Source: Candidatus Peregrinibacteria bacterium
GTDB lineage: Bacteria; Patescibacteriota; Gracilibacteria; UBA1369
DNA: 25,728 nt
Reading direction: 5' to 3'
Assembly: GCA_014728765.1 (NCBI GenBank)
Contig: WJLA01000023.1
Coordinates: forward strand, 1 to 25,728
Numbering within the stretch: the first letter of the stretch is position 1; each line of letters starts with the position of its first letter. Below, piece by piece: positions 1 through 9,751 of the stretch. The notes under the pieces are model-generated. The model ran no database searches, was not told where the DNA came from, and saw only the letters and a program-made list of their open reading frames with translations. The position numbers were made by a program, and so were the translations under genes.

Positions 1-333
1 ATTATGAAGATAGATCCTGTCGAAACATTGATTCAAGATGTTGTTTTCTATAAGGCGGAAATTGTTATTAACAGTGATGATCCAAGAATTAAACCAGGAA
101 TGACTGCAAATGTTGAAATAGTGTTAAATTCTGCCGAAGGTGTCTTGGTTATACCGGATAGGGCCGTGCAATTACGTGATGATGATTCAAGATATGTGAG
201 AATTTTGGTTGGTGAAGAAATTGAGCAGGTTGATGTTGAGCTTGGAATAAGTGATATTCAAGGAAATGTTGAAGTTAAGAGCGGTTTGGAAGAAGGCCAA
301 GAAATAATACTAAGGACTTTGAATGGCAACTAA
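1..333 (+). CDS. C-terminal part of a MacA/HlyD-type periplasmic adaptor (efflux RND membrane fusion protein), 5'-truncated by the window
   Basis: The frame is open from base 1. IKPGMTANVEI, VLVIPDRAV and VEVKSGLEEGQEII match adaptor C-terminal motifs. It overlaps the downstream ABC ATPase by 11 nt. Confidence 0.85.
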   Translation: MMKIDPVETLIQDVVFYKAEIVINSDDPRIKPGMTANVEIVLNSAEGVLVIPDRAVQLRDDDSRYVRILVGEEIEQVDVELGISDIQGNVEVKSGLEEGQEIILRTLNGN

Positions 334-1063
334 AAAAAAATCTGAGGAGCATATTATTGAAATAAATAATCTGAAAAAGACTTATTATACGGGGGATGTG
401 GAAACACCGGTCTTGCGTGGATTAGATTTGAAAGTTAAAGATGGAGAATTTATTGCAATAATGGGTCCATCCGGTTCCGGAAAATCTACTTTGATGCATA
501 TAATGGGTTTTTTGGATAAACCGACCGGAGGCTCATATCATTTTGAGGGAGTAGATGTGAGCGAGCTTTCTGATGATGATTTGGCTTTGGTTAGAAGGGA
601 AAGAATTGGATTTGTTTTTCAAGCTTTCTTCTTGTTGCCTCGGGCCACAGTGATAGAAAATGTAATGTTGCCACTGCTTTATCAAAAGCATTCACATGGT
701 CATGATATGGCAAAAAAAGCTTTGGATTCAGTTGGACTTTCTCATAGATTGGATTATTTGCCAACCAGTTTGTCAGGTGGAGAAAAACAAAGAACTGCGA
801 TCGCAAGGGCATTGATAAATGCTCCGTCTGTGATTTTTGCTGATGAGCCAACGGGCAATCTTGATTCCAAGTCGGGAAAACAAGTGATGAATATTTTTCA
901 GAAATTGAATGAAAAAGGTCATACAATCATCTTGGTTACACATGAAAAAACTACAGCTCAACATGCGGAAAGGATAATACACATTAGAGACGGATTAATT
1001 GAATCGGAAGAAAAGGTTAAGGGCAGAATCAATTATAGTGATGGCGATGAACTGCTAAAATAA
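323..1063 (+). CDS. ABC transporter ATP-binding protein, MacB/LolD family
   Basis: Walker A GPSGSGKS, signature LSGGEKQR, Walker B IFADE, EPTGNLD and H-loop VTHE are all present. Confidence 0.95.
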   Translation: MATKKKSEEHIIEINNLKKTYYTGDVETPVLRGLDLKVKDGEFIAIMGPSGSGKSTLMHIMGFLDKPTGGSYHFEGVDVSELSDDDLALVRRERIGFVFQAFFLLPRATVIENVMLPLLYQKHSHGHDMAKKALDSVGLSHRLDYLPTSLSGGEKQRTAIARALINAPSVIFADEPTGNLDSKSGKQVMNIFQKLNEKGHTIILVTHEKTTAQHAERIIHIRDGLIESEEKVKGRINYSDGDELLK

Positions 1064-1064
1064 A

Positions 1065-2303
1065 ATGAATAGAATAATAAAATTTGTCAGGATTGCATTT
1101 GTTTCTTTAACTGAAAATAAAACTCAGGCGTTTTTGACAATGCTTGGAATAATAATTGGAATTGCGGCGGTTATTATGGTGCTTTCAATTGGAAGGGGAG
1201 CGGAAAAGTTAATTTTGTCCTCGGTAGAAAGTTTTGGAAATAGAAGTATTTTTGTGCAGCCCGGAGGTGGGGAACAAGGTGGGCCTCCTTCGCCGACAGC
1301 CATAGATAAAGTTAAATATCGTGATTATCTTGCTATGCAAGATTTGGATTACTTGGAAGATGTAGCTCCAATTTTGGTTTATAGTGTCGCAATAACATAT
1401 GGTAGTCAAAATCAAAATACCAGAGTTGTCGGTTCGAATGAATACTATTTATCAGCTTTAAACAGTGGAGTCGATGAGGGGAGAAATATTTCACAAAATG
1501 ATTTGGATTTGTCGCGTCGAGTAGTGCTTATGGGCTATAAGGTGGCAGATGATTTATTTGCTGATCGTGATCCTATCGGTCAAAAAATCAAAATTAACGG
1601 AAAGACTTTTGAAGTTATTGGTATAATGGAGGAGCAAGGAACCAGATTTTTTCAGGATTTTGATAAGCGTATTGTTATTCCGATAACTACCATGCGTACG
1701 CAAATATTCGGTGTTGATTATGTGATGTCGGTTTTGGCTAATGTAAAAGAAGGATATCCGATTGAAGAAGCAATTGATCAAACCAGATTTTTTATAAGGA
1801 AGAGGCATTCAATTTATAATCCCCAAGATGACCCTTTGAAGGATGATTTTAGGGTTGTAAGTCAAGTTGATGCTGCTCAAACTTTTCAGGGTATTGCTGA
1901 TGTTTTAACATATTCTTTAGTGGTTGTTGCGGCAATTTCGTTATTGGTAGGTGGAATTGGAATTATGAATATTATGTATGTTTCGGTAACCGAAAGAACG
2001 CGTGAAATCGGTTTGCGAAAAGCGGTTGGTGCGACAGCTAAAGATGTGATGTTACAATTTTTGATAGAAGCGATAGTGATAACTTTTGTCGCAGGCTTCA
2101 TTGGAATTAGTACAGGTGTTGGGATGTCTTTTTTAATATCTTTGATTCTGACAGAATTTGTTGATTCTTGGGAATTTATAATAACTTTGGAATCGGTTTT
2201 AGCTGCTTTTTTTGTTTCCGTGAGTATTGGTATGATATTTGGTGTTTATCCTGCCAGAAAAGCATCTAGAATGGATCCTATTGAAGCATTAAGACTGGAA
2301 TAA
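1065..2303 (+). CDS. ABC transporter permease, MacB/FtsX family (copy 1)
   Basis: N-terminal LTMLGIIIGIAAVI TM, large periplasmic domain, GGIGIMNIMYVSVTERTREIGLRKAVGA, and C-terminal PARKASRMDPIEALRLE. Confidence 0.93.
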   Translation: MNRIIKFVRIAFVSLTENKTQAFLTMLGIIIGIAAVIMVLSIGRGAEKLILSSVESFGNRSIFVQPGGGEQGGPPSPTAIDKVKYRDYLAMQDLDYLEDVAPILVYSVAITYGSQNQNTRVVGSNEYYLSALNSGVDEGRNISQNDLDLSRRVVLMGYKVADDLFADRDPIGQKIKINGKTFEVIGIMEEQGTRFFQDFDKRIVIPITTMRTQIFGVDYVMSVLANVKEGYPIEEAIDQTRFFIRKRHSIYNPQDDPLKDDFRVVSQVDAAQTFQGIADVLTYSLVVVAAISLLVGGIGIMNIMYVSVTERTREIGLRKAVGATAKDVMLQFLIEAIVITFVAGFIGISTGVGMSFLISLILTEFVDSWEFIITLESVLAAFFVSVSIGMIFGVYPARKASRMDPIEALRLE

Positions 2304-3538
2304 TGATCAAAACTTTTACAAAATATTTACCTATAGCTTGGGTTTCAATAAAAGAAAACATGGCAAGAACACTTCTTACCATGCTGGGTATTATCATTGG
2401 CGTTGGTTCAGTTGTTCTGATGACTTCACTGGGAAAAGGAGCGGAGAGTTATATATTGGGTTCGGTGGCTCAGTTTGGTCCCGATGTTATATATATAAAT
2501 CCGGGATCTCCCGATGAGGGTTTAACAGGCTCGATCACAGCTTTGGATAGATTGAAATATTCCGATTATCTTGCTTTGCGGGAGGTTGACTTTTTGAAGG
2601 ATGTGACACCTTTTTTGGCATATGACGCAATAGTTACCTGGCGAAATGAAACTCATAAAACGCAGGTAATCGGTGTTAATAAAAATTATCCATCGGCCTT
2701 TAATTTCAGTGTGGCAAGCGGTAGATTTGTTGATGATAATGACATGTCTTCCAGGCAGAGGATAGCGGTTTTAGGTGTGAAGATGGCGGATAAATTATTT
2801 GATAATCGTGATCCAATCGGTGAAACGATCAAAATTGCCACCACTAATTTTAAAATAGTTGGTGTGATGGAAGAGCAAGGAGGAAATGCATTTGAAGATT
2901 ATGATAATATGGTTTTTATTCCGGTAACTACCATGCAAACTTATTTGTTTGGTGTGGATTATTTAATGACTATCGCTGCACGAGTGGTTGGTGATTTGGA
3001 GTCAGGTGTTGAGAAAACTAAAAATGTGATTCGTCATTTACACCGTATCGATAATCCTGAAGAAGATCCTGCAAAAGATGATTTTCAGATTATTACTCAA
3101 GTGCAAGCCTTGGATATTTTTGGTACCGTTTCTGATGTTTTGACTTATTTTATAACTTCCATTGCTTCTATTTCTTTAATTGTCGGAGGAATTGGTATAA
3201 TGAATATTATGTATGTATCAGTCAGTCAAAGAACTAGAGAAATTGGTCTTAGAAAAGCAGTTGGCGCTACTAATAGAGATGTTTTGATGCAATTTATTTC
3301 GGAGGCAGCATTGATTTCATTTGTGGGTGGGTTAATAGGAATTTGTTCCGGCATAGGTTTATCATTTTTGTTTTATTTGGTAATTATACAATTTGAGCCT
3401 TCTTGGGTTTTTGCGATTAATTTTGAGGCGGTCATTCTTTCCTCTGTTATTTCAGCTTTAATCGGAATCTTTTTTGGTTATTATCCCGCCAAAAGAGCGG
3501 CTGCCGCCAACCCGATCGAAGCATTGCGTTATGAATAA
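2303..3538 (+). CDS. ABC transporter permease, MacB/FtsX family (copy 2, tandem paralog)
   Basis: Same motifs as copy 1 (LTMLGIIIGVGSVV, GGIGIMNIMYVSVSQRTREIGLRKAVGA, PAKRAAAANPIEALRYE). It is coupled to copy 1 by a TAATG overlap at 2301-2305. Confidence 0.93.
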   Translation: MIKTFTKYLPIAWVSIKENMARTLLTMLGIIIGVGSVVLMTSLGKGAESYILGSVAQFGPDVIYINPGSPDEGLTGSITALDRLKYSDYLALREVDFLKDVTPFLAYDAIVTWRNETHKTQVIGVNKNYPSAFNFSVASGRFVDDNDMSSRQRIAVLGVKMADKLFDNRDPIGETIKIATTNFKIVGVMEEQGGNAFEDYDNMVFIPVTTMQTYLFGVDYLMTIAARVVGDLESGVEKTKNVIRHLHRIDNPEEDPAKDDFQIITQVQALDIFGTVSDVLTYFITSIASISLIVGGIGIMNIMYVSVSQRTREIGLRKAVGATNRDVLMQFISEAALISFVGGLIGICSGIGLSFLFYLVIIQFEPSWVFAINFEAVILSSVISALIGIFFGYYPAKRAAAANPIEALRYE

Positions 3539-3603
3539 TTATTTTAACTACATTAAGAAAGTCAGCATTCGATTGCTTATTAAAGATGTTCAGGTAAGAA
3601 ATT

Positions 3604-5877
3604 CTATTTGTCAGGCGGTATGGAATAGTATTCGTAAAGATACTCGGCAATTTCTTTGAAAAGGGGAGCGGCGGTTGAGTCGGCCCATTCACTGGAACGA
3701 GGATGGTCAAGTTTAACCAAAATTACGAATTGAGGATCATCGATTGGTCCAAATCCTCCAATGGAGGCAATTGTTGTTCCAGCTCCCGTTAACGGTTTAC
3801 CGTTTCGATAAGTTTGGGATGTTCCGGTTTTTCCGGCAACATAATGAGTGTTGATTTTAGCTGAGCCGGATACTCCTTTTTCGACTGCTCCTACCATCAT
3901 GTTTTTTACCAATTCCGCTGTTTCGGGTCTGATAATTTGTCCTAATACAGTTGGTTCAGTATTTTGGATTTTACCGGGAGTTTTTTCGATAGATTCAACG
4001 ATGTATGGTTGCATCATGATGCCATCATTGGCAATAGTTGAGATTGCTGTTGCCATTTGTACCATGGTAGCGGTAAAACCTTGTCCGAATGCATGCGTTA
4101 CGAGTTCAGATTCAGCCCAGCCATTAAAATGTTCGAGTTTTCCCGGATGTTCATTTTCAAATTCTATTTCTGTTCTTTTACCCATGCCAAATCTTTCCAT
4201 ATAGCTATAGAAAAGATTTCTTCCTACTCTTTGCGCAATTTGCCCCATTCCCGTATTGCATGAATAAGCTAATATATCTGCTACTGTAACTCTTCCGGTA
4301 CATTTAGCAGAGACGTTTTTTATTTCGAATTCATCTACTTTGAGGATTCCGGAATCATTAAAGACAGTACCGGGCTGAACATCTTGATCATCTATACCTA
4401 TTGCCGCAGTGATTATTTTATAAACAGACCCCGGTTCATATGGACCTGAAACCACTTTGTTTTGATAACTTTCAGGACCGATATTATTTTTATATTTTTG
4501 ATAAATAATGGTGTCATCGGCCAGTTCTTTTTTGAAGATCATGGTTCTGTCTTTGGCGGCAAAGTTGCGATATTGCCAAAAGGTATTTTCCATGCCTTCA
4601 ATCGGAACCAATTCTTCAATTTCTTTATCTGTGAGTTTAACATCTTCTTTTTCATAAACTTCACTGTAATTGTTTGGATCAAAGCTTGGGTAATGGGCAA
4701 TGGCAATGATTTTTCCTGTTTTCGGGTCCATCACAATAACTTGTCCAGTGTCTGCTCGAGTTCCTTTAACAGTTCTTTCAAGTTTATTTTCAACTACCAT
4801 TTGAATGGACCGGTCAATGGTCAAAGTTACATTGCTTCCATCAACTGCCGGTTCAATTACAGAATCTCCAACAGTAATGAGTCTGCCAACAGAATCTTTT
4901 TGAGTTTGAAAAACTCCCTTTTTACCTTTTAGATCAGTGTTGAATTTGCTTTCAATTCCATAGTTGCCATTGCCATCGGTTCCGACGAAACCAAGCACAT
5001 TGGCCGCCAGTGTTTTTTCCGGGTAATAGCGATAATATTCTTCTTTTAGTCCAAGGCCAATAAAATTATCTCCTTCATCGTTTGTCATGACTTCTTTTAT
5101 TTTTGTGGAAGTTTCGGGAGGAAGCTTTTTTTTCAAGACAACATAACGATTTCGTCCTTTTAAAATTGATTCGAGCTCAAGAGGAGGAGTTTCCAGAACT
5201 TCTCCCAATTGAGCTGCCGTGCTTTTTAAATTGATAATATCAGGTGGATAAGCTTTCAAAACATCATTCTCTGTTATTTCAATTCCGGTTAAGTTAAGGT
5301 CTTTGATTTGCTGTAATTTAGCCGGGTCCGTATTGGTGCTGAGTGTTATAACCGGTCTGATGTCGGAGCTGATTTTTTCCAATATTTCATCATAAAACTG
5401 TTCATATAATTCATCTTCTTTTAAAGGTTCAATATCTTCCAGCTCTTCTGCCGTTTTTGCACGAGAAATGGCTTTTTGTACTCTTTCTTCATCAAGTTTC
5501 TTAGCTTCCTCAGGATCATAAATCAGTGGTACAATAGTGTTTGCTACTAATTTTTTATCTTTGATCATGGTAGGGTCAGCATAAAGCAAATCAAGAGTGG
5601 AATTGGTTGCCACTCTGACCAAATCACCAGAAGCATAATCTTTGATGTAAATTTCGCCTCGATACGCAGGTAATTCATTAAATCCAAAGTGAGCTTCGGT
5701 GGCAATTTGCTTGTAGTGATCATAGGCTAGAACTTGAAGAGAAAATAATCGAATCAGTAGAATTCCTGAAAAAAGGATCACAAACCCGATCATGGCGGCG
5801 TTTCTGTCAAAATTAATAAGAGGTCTTGCTGATTTTCGTTGATTTCTGTAGCTCATATTTTTGCTTTGGATTAACAT
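3604..5877 (-). CDS. Class B penicillin-binding protein (FtsI/PBP2-type transpeptidase) with insertions; start may be the second Met at 5856
   Basis: N-terminal TM anchor, RGEIY, RYYPE and GIESKFN dimerisation-domain motifs. Catalytic SxxK (SVYK), SxN (SCN) and KTG motifs are intact. Confidence 0.9.
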   Translation of the reverse strand: MLIQSKNMSYRNQRKSARPLINFDRNAAMIGFVILFSGILLIRLFSLQVLAYDHYKQIATEAHFGFNELPAYRGEIYIKDYASGDLVRVATNSTLDLLYADPTMIKDKKLVANTIVPLIYDPEEAKKLDEERVQKAISRAKTAEELEDIEPLKEDELYEQFYDEILEKISSDIRPVITLSTNTDPAKLQQIKDLNLTGIEITENDVLKAYPPDIINLKSTAAQLGEVLETPPLELESILKGRNRYVVLKKKLPPETSTKIKEVMTNDEGDNFIGLGLKEEYYRYYPEKTLAANVLGFVGTDGNGNYGIESKFNTDLKGKKGVFQTQKDSVGRLITVGDSVIEPAVDGSNVTLTIDRSIQMVVENKLERTVKGTRADTGQVIVMDPKTGKIIAIAHYPSFDPNNYSEVYEKEDVKLTDKEIEELVPIEGMENTFWQYRNFAAKDRTMIFKKELADDTIIYQKYKNNIGPESYQNKVVSGPYEPGSVYKIITAAIGIDDQDVQPGTVFNDSGILKVDEFEIKNVSAKCTGRVTVADILAYSCNTGMGQIAQRVGRNLFYSYMERFGMGKRTEIEFENEHPGKLEHFNGWAESELVTHAFGQGFTATMVQMATAISTIANDGIMMQPYIVESIEKTPGKIQNTEPTVLGQIIRPETAELVKNMMVGAVEKGVSGSAKINTHYVAGKTGTSQTYRNGKPLTGAGTTIASIGGFGPIDDPQFVILVKLDHPRSSEWADSTAAPLFKEIAEYLYEYYSIPPDK

Positions 5878-5958
5878 ATTAAATCCCTTTTTTCACTAAA
5901 TCAATTGCATTTACCATTATTTTTTGATAAATAAGCTTTCTTGTTTAATTAAAAAAAT

Positions 5959-6732
5959 ATGGAAAGAGTTAGAAGTTGTGAAAATGAAAAGGATTATACA
6001 TGGATTGTGGTTGTTGCGATGAAGAATAAGAATTTTAACAATTCTTTGAAAGAGTTATATAGAATTGTGGCAAATGATGAAAAAGCAGATGATTTGCCAA
6101 AACCATTTATGAATATTGTAACGGGATATCTGGAAAAACTAAGTGATTTAACCAATTATTTAGATGATTTTTATGTAAACACTGATATTCAGTATTGGGA
6201 TCAAGAGTTCTTATCGGTTATTCGTGAACAATTCTTTCAGAGAGTTTTAGATAATGAAGATAGTGAAGAATATAATCAGTATTATGAAATTTTGACGGAG
6301 TTTGTCGATAATTTGCGAGATTATCATTATCAAGTATCAACAAATAAGATATTGGAAAACGTTGTTGTTGATGAAGCATTCAATAATGTAATAGCCAGCA
6401 AAGTGATAGCTTTATTTTTGTTGATAGCCGCAATGGAAAGGTCGGGATATGATTCTTGTAAAATTTCATTTACAAATGAGGAACTGGAATTGCTTGATTT
6501 GTGTTTGGATTATTGTGAAGCTTCAGAGATAATTGTTGATAAATACGGTGCAAGATTGCATTTTGATGAATTACAGTATTTTGATAGATTTGATGATTGC
6601 CAAGTTCCATATGTGCGCATGCAAGTTGACGAAGAATCTGATTTTGAAGATGTTTCGAAAGAAATTAAAGAGATTAGAGCATTATTGGTCAATTTTAAGT
6701 GCAATCTTGGATCTTTAAATTATCAGGCGTGA
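5959..6732 (+). CDS. Hypothetical acidic protein; start may be 6019 (MKNKNF)
   Basis: Long ORF with codon style like its neighbours; no family recognised. Confidence 0.7.
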   Translation: MERVRSCENEKDYTWIVVVAMKNKNFNNSLKELYRIVANDEKADDLPKPFMNIVTGYLEKLSDLTNYLDDFYVNTDIQYWDQEFLSVIREQFFQRVLDNEDSEEYNQYYEILTEFVDNLRDYHYQVSTNKILENVVVDEAFNNVIASKVIALFLLIAAMERSGYDSCKISFTNEELELLDLCLDYCEASEIIVDKYGARLHFDELQYFDRFDDCQVPYVRMQVDEESDFEDVSKEIKEIRALLVNFKCNLGSLNYQA

Positions 6733-6763
6733 ATGCTAGAATAAACGGGAATAAATAAAAAAA

Positions 6764-8035
6764 ATGGAAGTACAAAAAACAAAATTAAAAAATGGACTGA
6801 GAATAGTAACCAAGAAACTAGAAAATACAGCTTCATTGACGGTTTTGATATTGGTGGGTGCAGGTTCAAGATATGAATCGGAAGAAATTTCCGGAATATC
6901 ACATTTTCTTGAGCATATGTTTTTCAAGGGGGCAAAAAAATATAAAAATACTAGAGAAGTCTCTGAGGCTATTGATTCGGTTGGTGGAGAATTCAATGCT
7001 TTTACGGGAAAAGAATATGCGGGATATTTTGTGAAAGTGGCTGCGGAACATGGTGATTTGGCATTGGACGTGCTTTCGGATATGTTGATTCATTCAAGGT
7101 TTGATCCGAATGAAATCGATAAAGAGCGAGGAGTGATTTTGGAGGAATATAATATGTATCAAGATACACCTATTTATCAAATAGGATGGGATTTTGAAAG
7201 ATTGGTGTTTGGAGATTCGCCTTTAGGAAGAGATCAGATTGGCACAAAAGAGTTGATATCTTCTGTAACTCAGGAGCAATTCAGAAGCTATTTCGATAGT
7301 TTGTATACACCTGACAATACTGTGATAGCAATTGCCGGCAATATTGATCATCAGGATGCGGTAAAAAAAATTGAAGATTTGTTTAAATTTAAGGTCAAAG
7401 AGAAAAGCTTACAGTTTGAGCCATTGAGCCATTACTCAAAAGACAAAAGAATAAGTGTGCGTAATAAAAAAACGGAACAGGCGCATGTAGTGGTGGGTTT
7501 TCCCGCCTATCAAGATAATCATCCCAAGCAGTATGCGGCAAAGCTTTTATCGGTAATTCTTGGTGGGAATATGAGTTCAAGAATGTTTTTAAGTGTCAGA
7601 GAATCACAGGGTTTGGCTTATTACATCAATACCACGACGGATGAATACTATGATGGCGGAACTTTGACCACCAATTCCGGTGTTTCGGTTGAAAGAGTCG
7701 AGCAAGCAATTAAATCTATTATTAAAGAATATCAGAAATCGGCCAAGGAAGGAGTATCTCAAGCTGAATTGGATAAAGCCAAGGCATATCTTAAAGGCAG
7801 AATTACTTTGAGATTGGAAGATTCAGAGGAATATGCTCATTTGTTAGGAAAGTATGAGTTATTGCAAGGCAAATTCAAATCCCCCGAAGCAATATTGAAA
7901 CAAATGGAAGCGGTTAATTTGGAAGAAGTGAATGAGGTGGCGAAAGATATATTTAAACCGGAAGAGCTTAGGATTTGCATTATCGGCCCTTTCGAAGATG
8001 CTGAGCGCTTTGAAAAACTCCTGAATTTTGCCTGA
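6764..8035 (+). CDS. M16 (pitrilysin/insulinase) family zinc peptidase
   Basis: Inverted zinc motif HFLEH, GEFNAFT, EIDKERGVILEEY, and SSRMFLSVRESQGLAY in the C-terminal half. Confidence 0.93.
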   Translation: MEVQKTKLKNGLRIVTKKLENTASLTVLILVGAGSRYESEEISGISHFLEHMFFKGAKKYKNTREVSEAIDSVGGEFNAFTGKEYAGYFVKVAAEHGDLALDVLSDMLIHSRFDPNEIDKERGVILEEYNMYQDTPIYQIGWDFERLVFGDSPLGRDQIGTKELISSVTQEQFRSYFDSLYTPDNTVIAIAGNIDHQDAVKKIEDLFKFKVKEKSLQFEPLSHYSKDKRISVRNKKTEQAHVVVGFPAYQDNHPKQYAAKLLSVILGGNMSSRMFLSVRESQGLAYYINTTTDEYYDGGTLTTNSGVSVERVEQAIKSIIKEYQKSAKEGVSQAELDKAKAYLKGRITLRLEDSEEYAHLLGKYELLQGKFKSPEAILKQMEAVNLEEVNEVAKDIFKPEELRICIIGPFEDAERFEKLLNFA

Positions 8036-8507
8036 AAGTATCGGTGGAACTGATTATTAGAATTTCAAGTTGTTGTTTATTGTTGAAATCTGTTCTGGCA
8101 ATTTGATGTAGAACATTATGAATTGTTTTGGCAGCATCATTGTTTTTTGATTGTTCAAAATGTTGTTTGCGTGATTTTAGATATTTGATGCATTGGAGTT
8201 TGACTTTATCGGGTGAAGAAAATTGAGTAACTTCTTTACCATCATTGATGGCGATTGCTACTTCAATGAATGCTGATACTTGAGTTATATCCTGAGAGAA
8301 AAAAGTTGTTTCGACATTTGTAGGATCTTCATCTATGTTAAATGGAATTTCAACTATTGAACTTGTGTCTTTTTTAATTTTAGTGGATATATTCTCTGTT
8401 ATTTGACTATGTCGATATCTGCTTTCAAACGCTGAAACTTTTTTGGTTTCGGCAAATTCAATTGGATTGGGTTGCTCTGATCCGAATTTTGGTTCATCTT
8501 TTTTCAT
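7980..8507 (-). CDS. Hypothetical protein whose 3' end overlaps the M16 peptidase 3' end by 56 nt
   Basis: A 175-aa ORF filling the gap between the peptidase and pyrD; no family recognised. Confidence 0.6.
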   Translation of the reverse strand: MKKDEPKFGSEQPNPIEFAETKKVSAFESRYRHSQITENISTKIKKDTSSIVEIPFNIDEDPTNVETTFFSQDITQVSAFIEVAIAINDGKEVTQFSSPDKVKLQCIKYLKSRKQHFEQSKNNDAAKTIHNVLHQIARTDFNNKQQLEILIISSTDTFRQNSGVFQSAQHLRKGR

Positions 8508-8558
8508 TGTTGTTTTGTTATTGTGATGTTAAGTTTTTAAGGCTTATTATTATTTATA

Positions 8559-9698
8559 ATGTACAAATTATTTATTAGTATCAGGAATGCGATAATTGGC
8601 TTTTTCTACAAAAATTTTTTGAAGCCTGTTTTGTTCAAGCGTGATCCGGAGAAAGTTCATGACAATTTCATTAAAACAGGAAAGTTTCTGGGGTCAAATT
8701 TTTTGACTAGGTCAATAATTGGTTTAATGTTTAATTATCATCATAAAAGCTTGGAACAAGTTGTTTTGGGACTGCATTTTAAGAATCCTATCGGTCTTGG
8801 TGCCGGCTTTGATAAGAATGCTGATTTGGTTAAAACATTGCCCAAGATCGGGTTCGGCTTTTCCGAGCATGGATCTTTTACTGGAGAGCCTTGTGAAGGT
8901 AATGCAAAGCCAAGATTATGGAGACTTCCCAAATCAGAATCTATTGTCGTTAATTACGGCCTGAAAAATGATGGTGCTGAAATAATTGCTCGTCGAATGC
9001 AAAAACAGTTAAAAGAAGGAAAGTTTTCCATACCTCTCGGAATCAATATTGCCAAGACAAATTGTGAGGCGACTTCTGATGATGAAATTGGAATTGCTGA
9101 CTATGCTAAAGCTTATAAAGCGTTTTTGGCGGTTGGAGATTATTATACGGTAAACATCAGTTGTCCGAATGCTTTCGGTGGACAACCTTTTACGGATGGG
9201 AAACGCTTGGATAAACTGCTTACCGTTCTTGATAATTATTATATAGAAGGTAAACCTGTTTTTTTGAAAATATCTCCCGATTTAACCAGGGATCAAATTG
9301 ATGATATAATTGAGGTTTGCGATAAACATAAAGTTGATGGGTATATTTGTACAAATTTGACAAAGCCAAGAGACAAATCCAGGATCAGGGATGAAAAAGT
9401 GCCTGAAATTGGAGGTTTAAGTGGTAAATTGGTAGAGCACCTTGCCAATGATTTGATAAAATATATTTATAAAAAGACTAAAGGAGAAAAGGTTATTATA
9501 GGTCTTGGTGGAGTGTTTACTGCTGAAGATGCTTATAAGAAAATCAAATTGGGGGCAACATTGATTCAGTTGGTAACTGGGATGATTTTTGGAGGTCCTC
9601 AAACCATATCAGATATAAACAGGGGACTGGTTAAACTTTTACGAAAAGATGGATATGCTAATGTTTCTGAGGCTGTAGGTGTTGATAATAAGTTGTAA
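8559..9698 (+). CDS. pyrD: Dihydroorotate dehydrogenase, class 2 (quinone-type) architecture
   Basis: N-terminal amphipathic extension (DPEKVHD), GLGAGFDKN, GNAKPRLWRL, NISCPN, LKISPDL, TNLT, GGLSG, and IQLVTGMIFGGP. Confidence 0.93.
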   Translation: MYKLFISIRNAIIGFFYKNFLKPVLFKRDPEKVHDNFIKTGKFLGSNFLTRSIIGLMFNYHHKSLEQVVLGLHFKNPIGLGAGFDKNADLVKTLPKIGFGFSEHGSFTGEPCEGNAKPRLWRLPKSESIVVNYGLKNDGAEIIARRMQKQLKEGKFSIPLGINIAKTNCEATSDDEIGIADYAKAYKAFLAVGDYYTVNISCPNAFGGQPFTDGKRLDKLLTVLDNYYIEGKPVFLKISPDLTRDQIDDIIEVCDKHKVDGYICTNLTKPRDKSRIRDEKVPEIGGLSGKLVEHLANDLIKYIYKKTKGEKVIIGLGGVFTAEDAYKKIKLGATLIQLVTGMIFGGPQTISDINRGLVKLLRKDGYANVSEAVGVDNKL

Positions 9699-9751
9699 TT
9701 GATAGATTTCTTGTTTATAATTCGCGCAAATAATAACATTAACTTTTTAAT

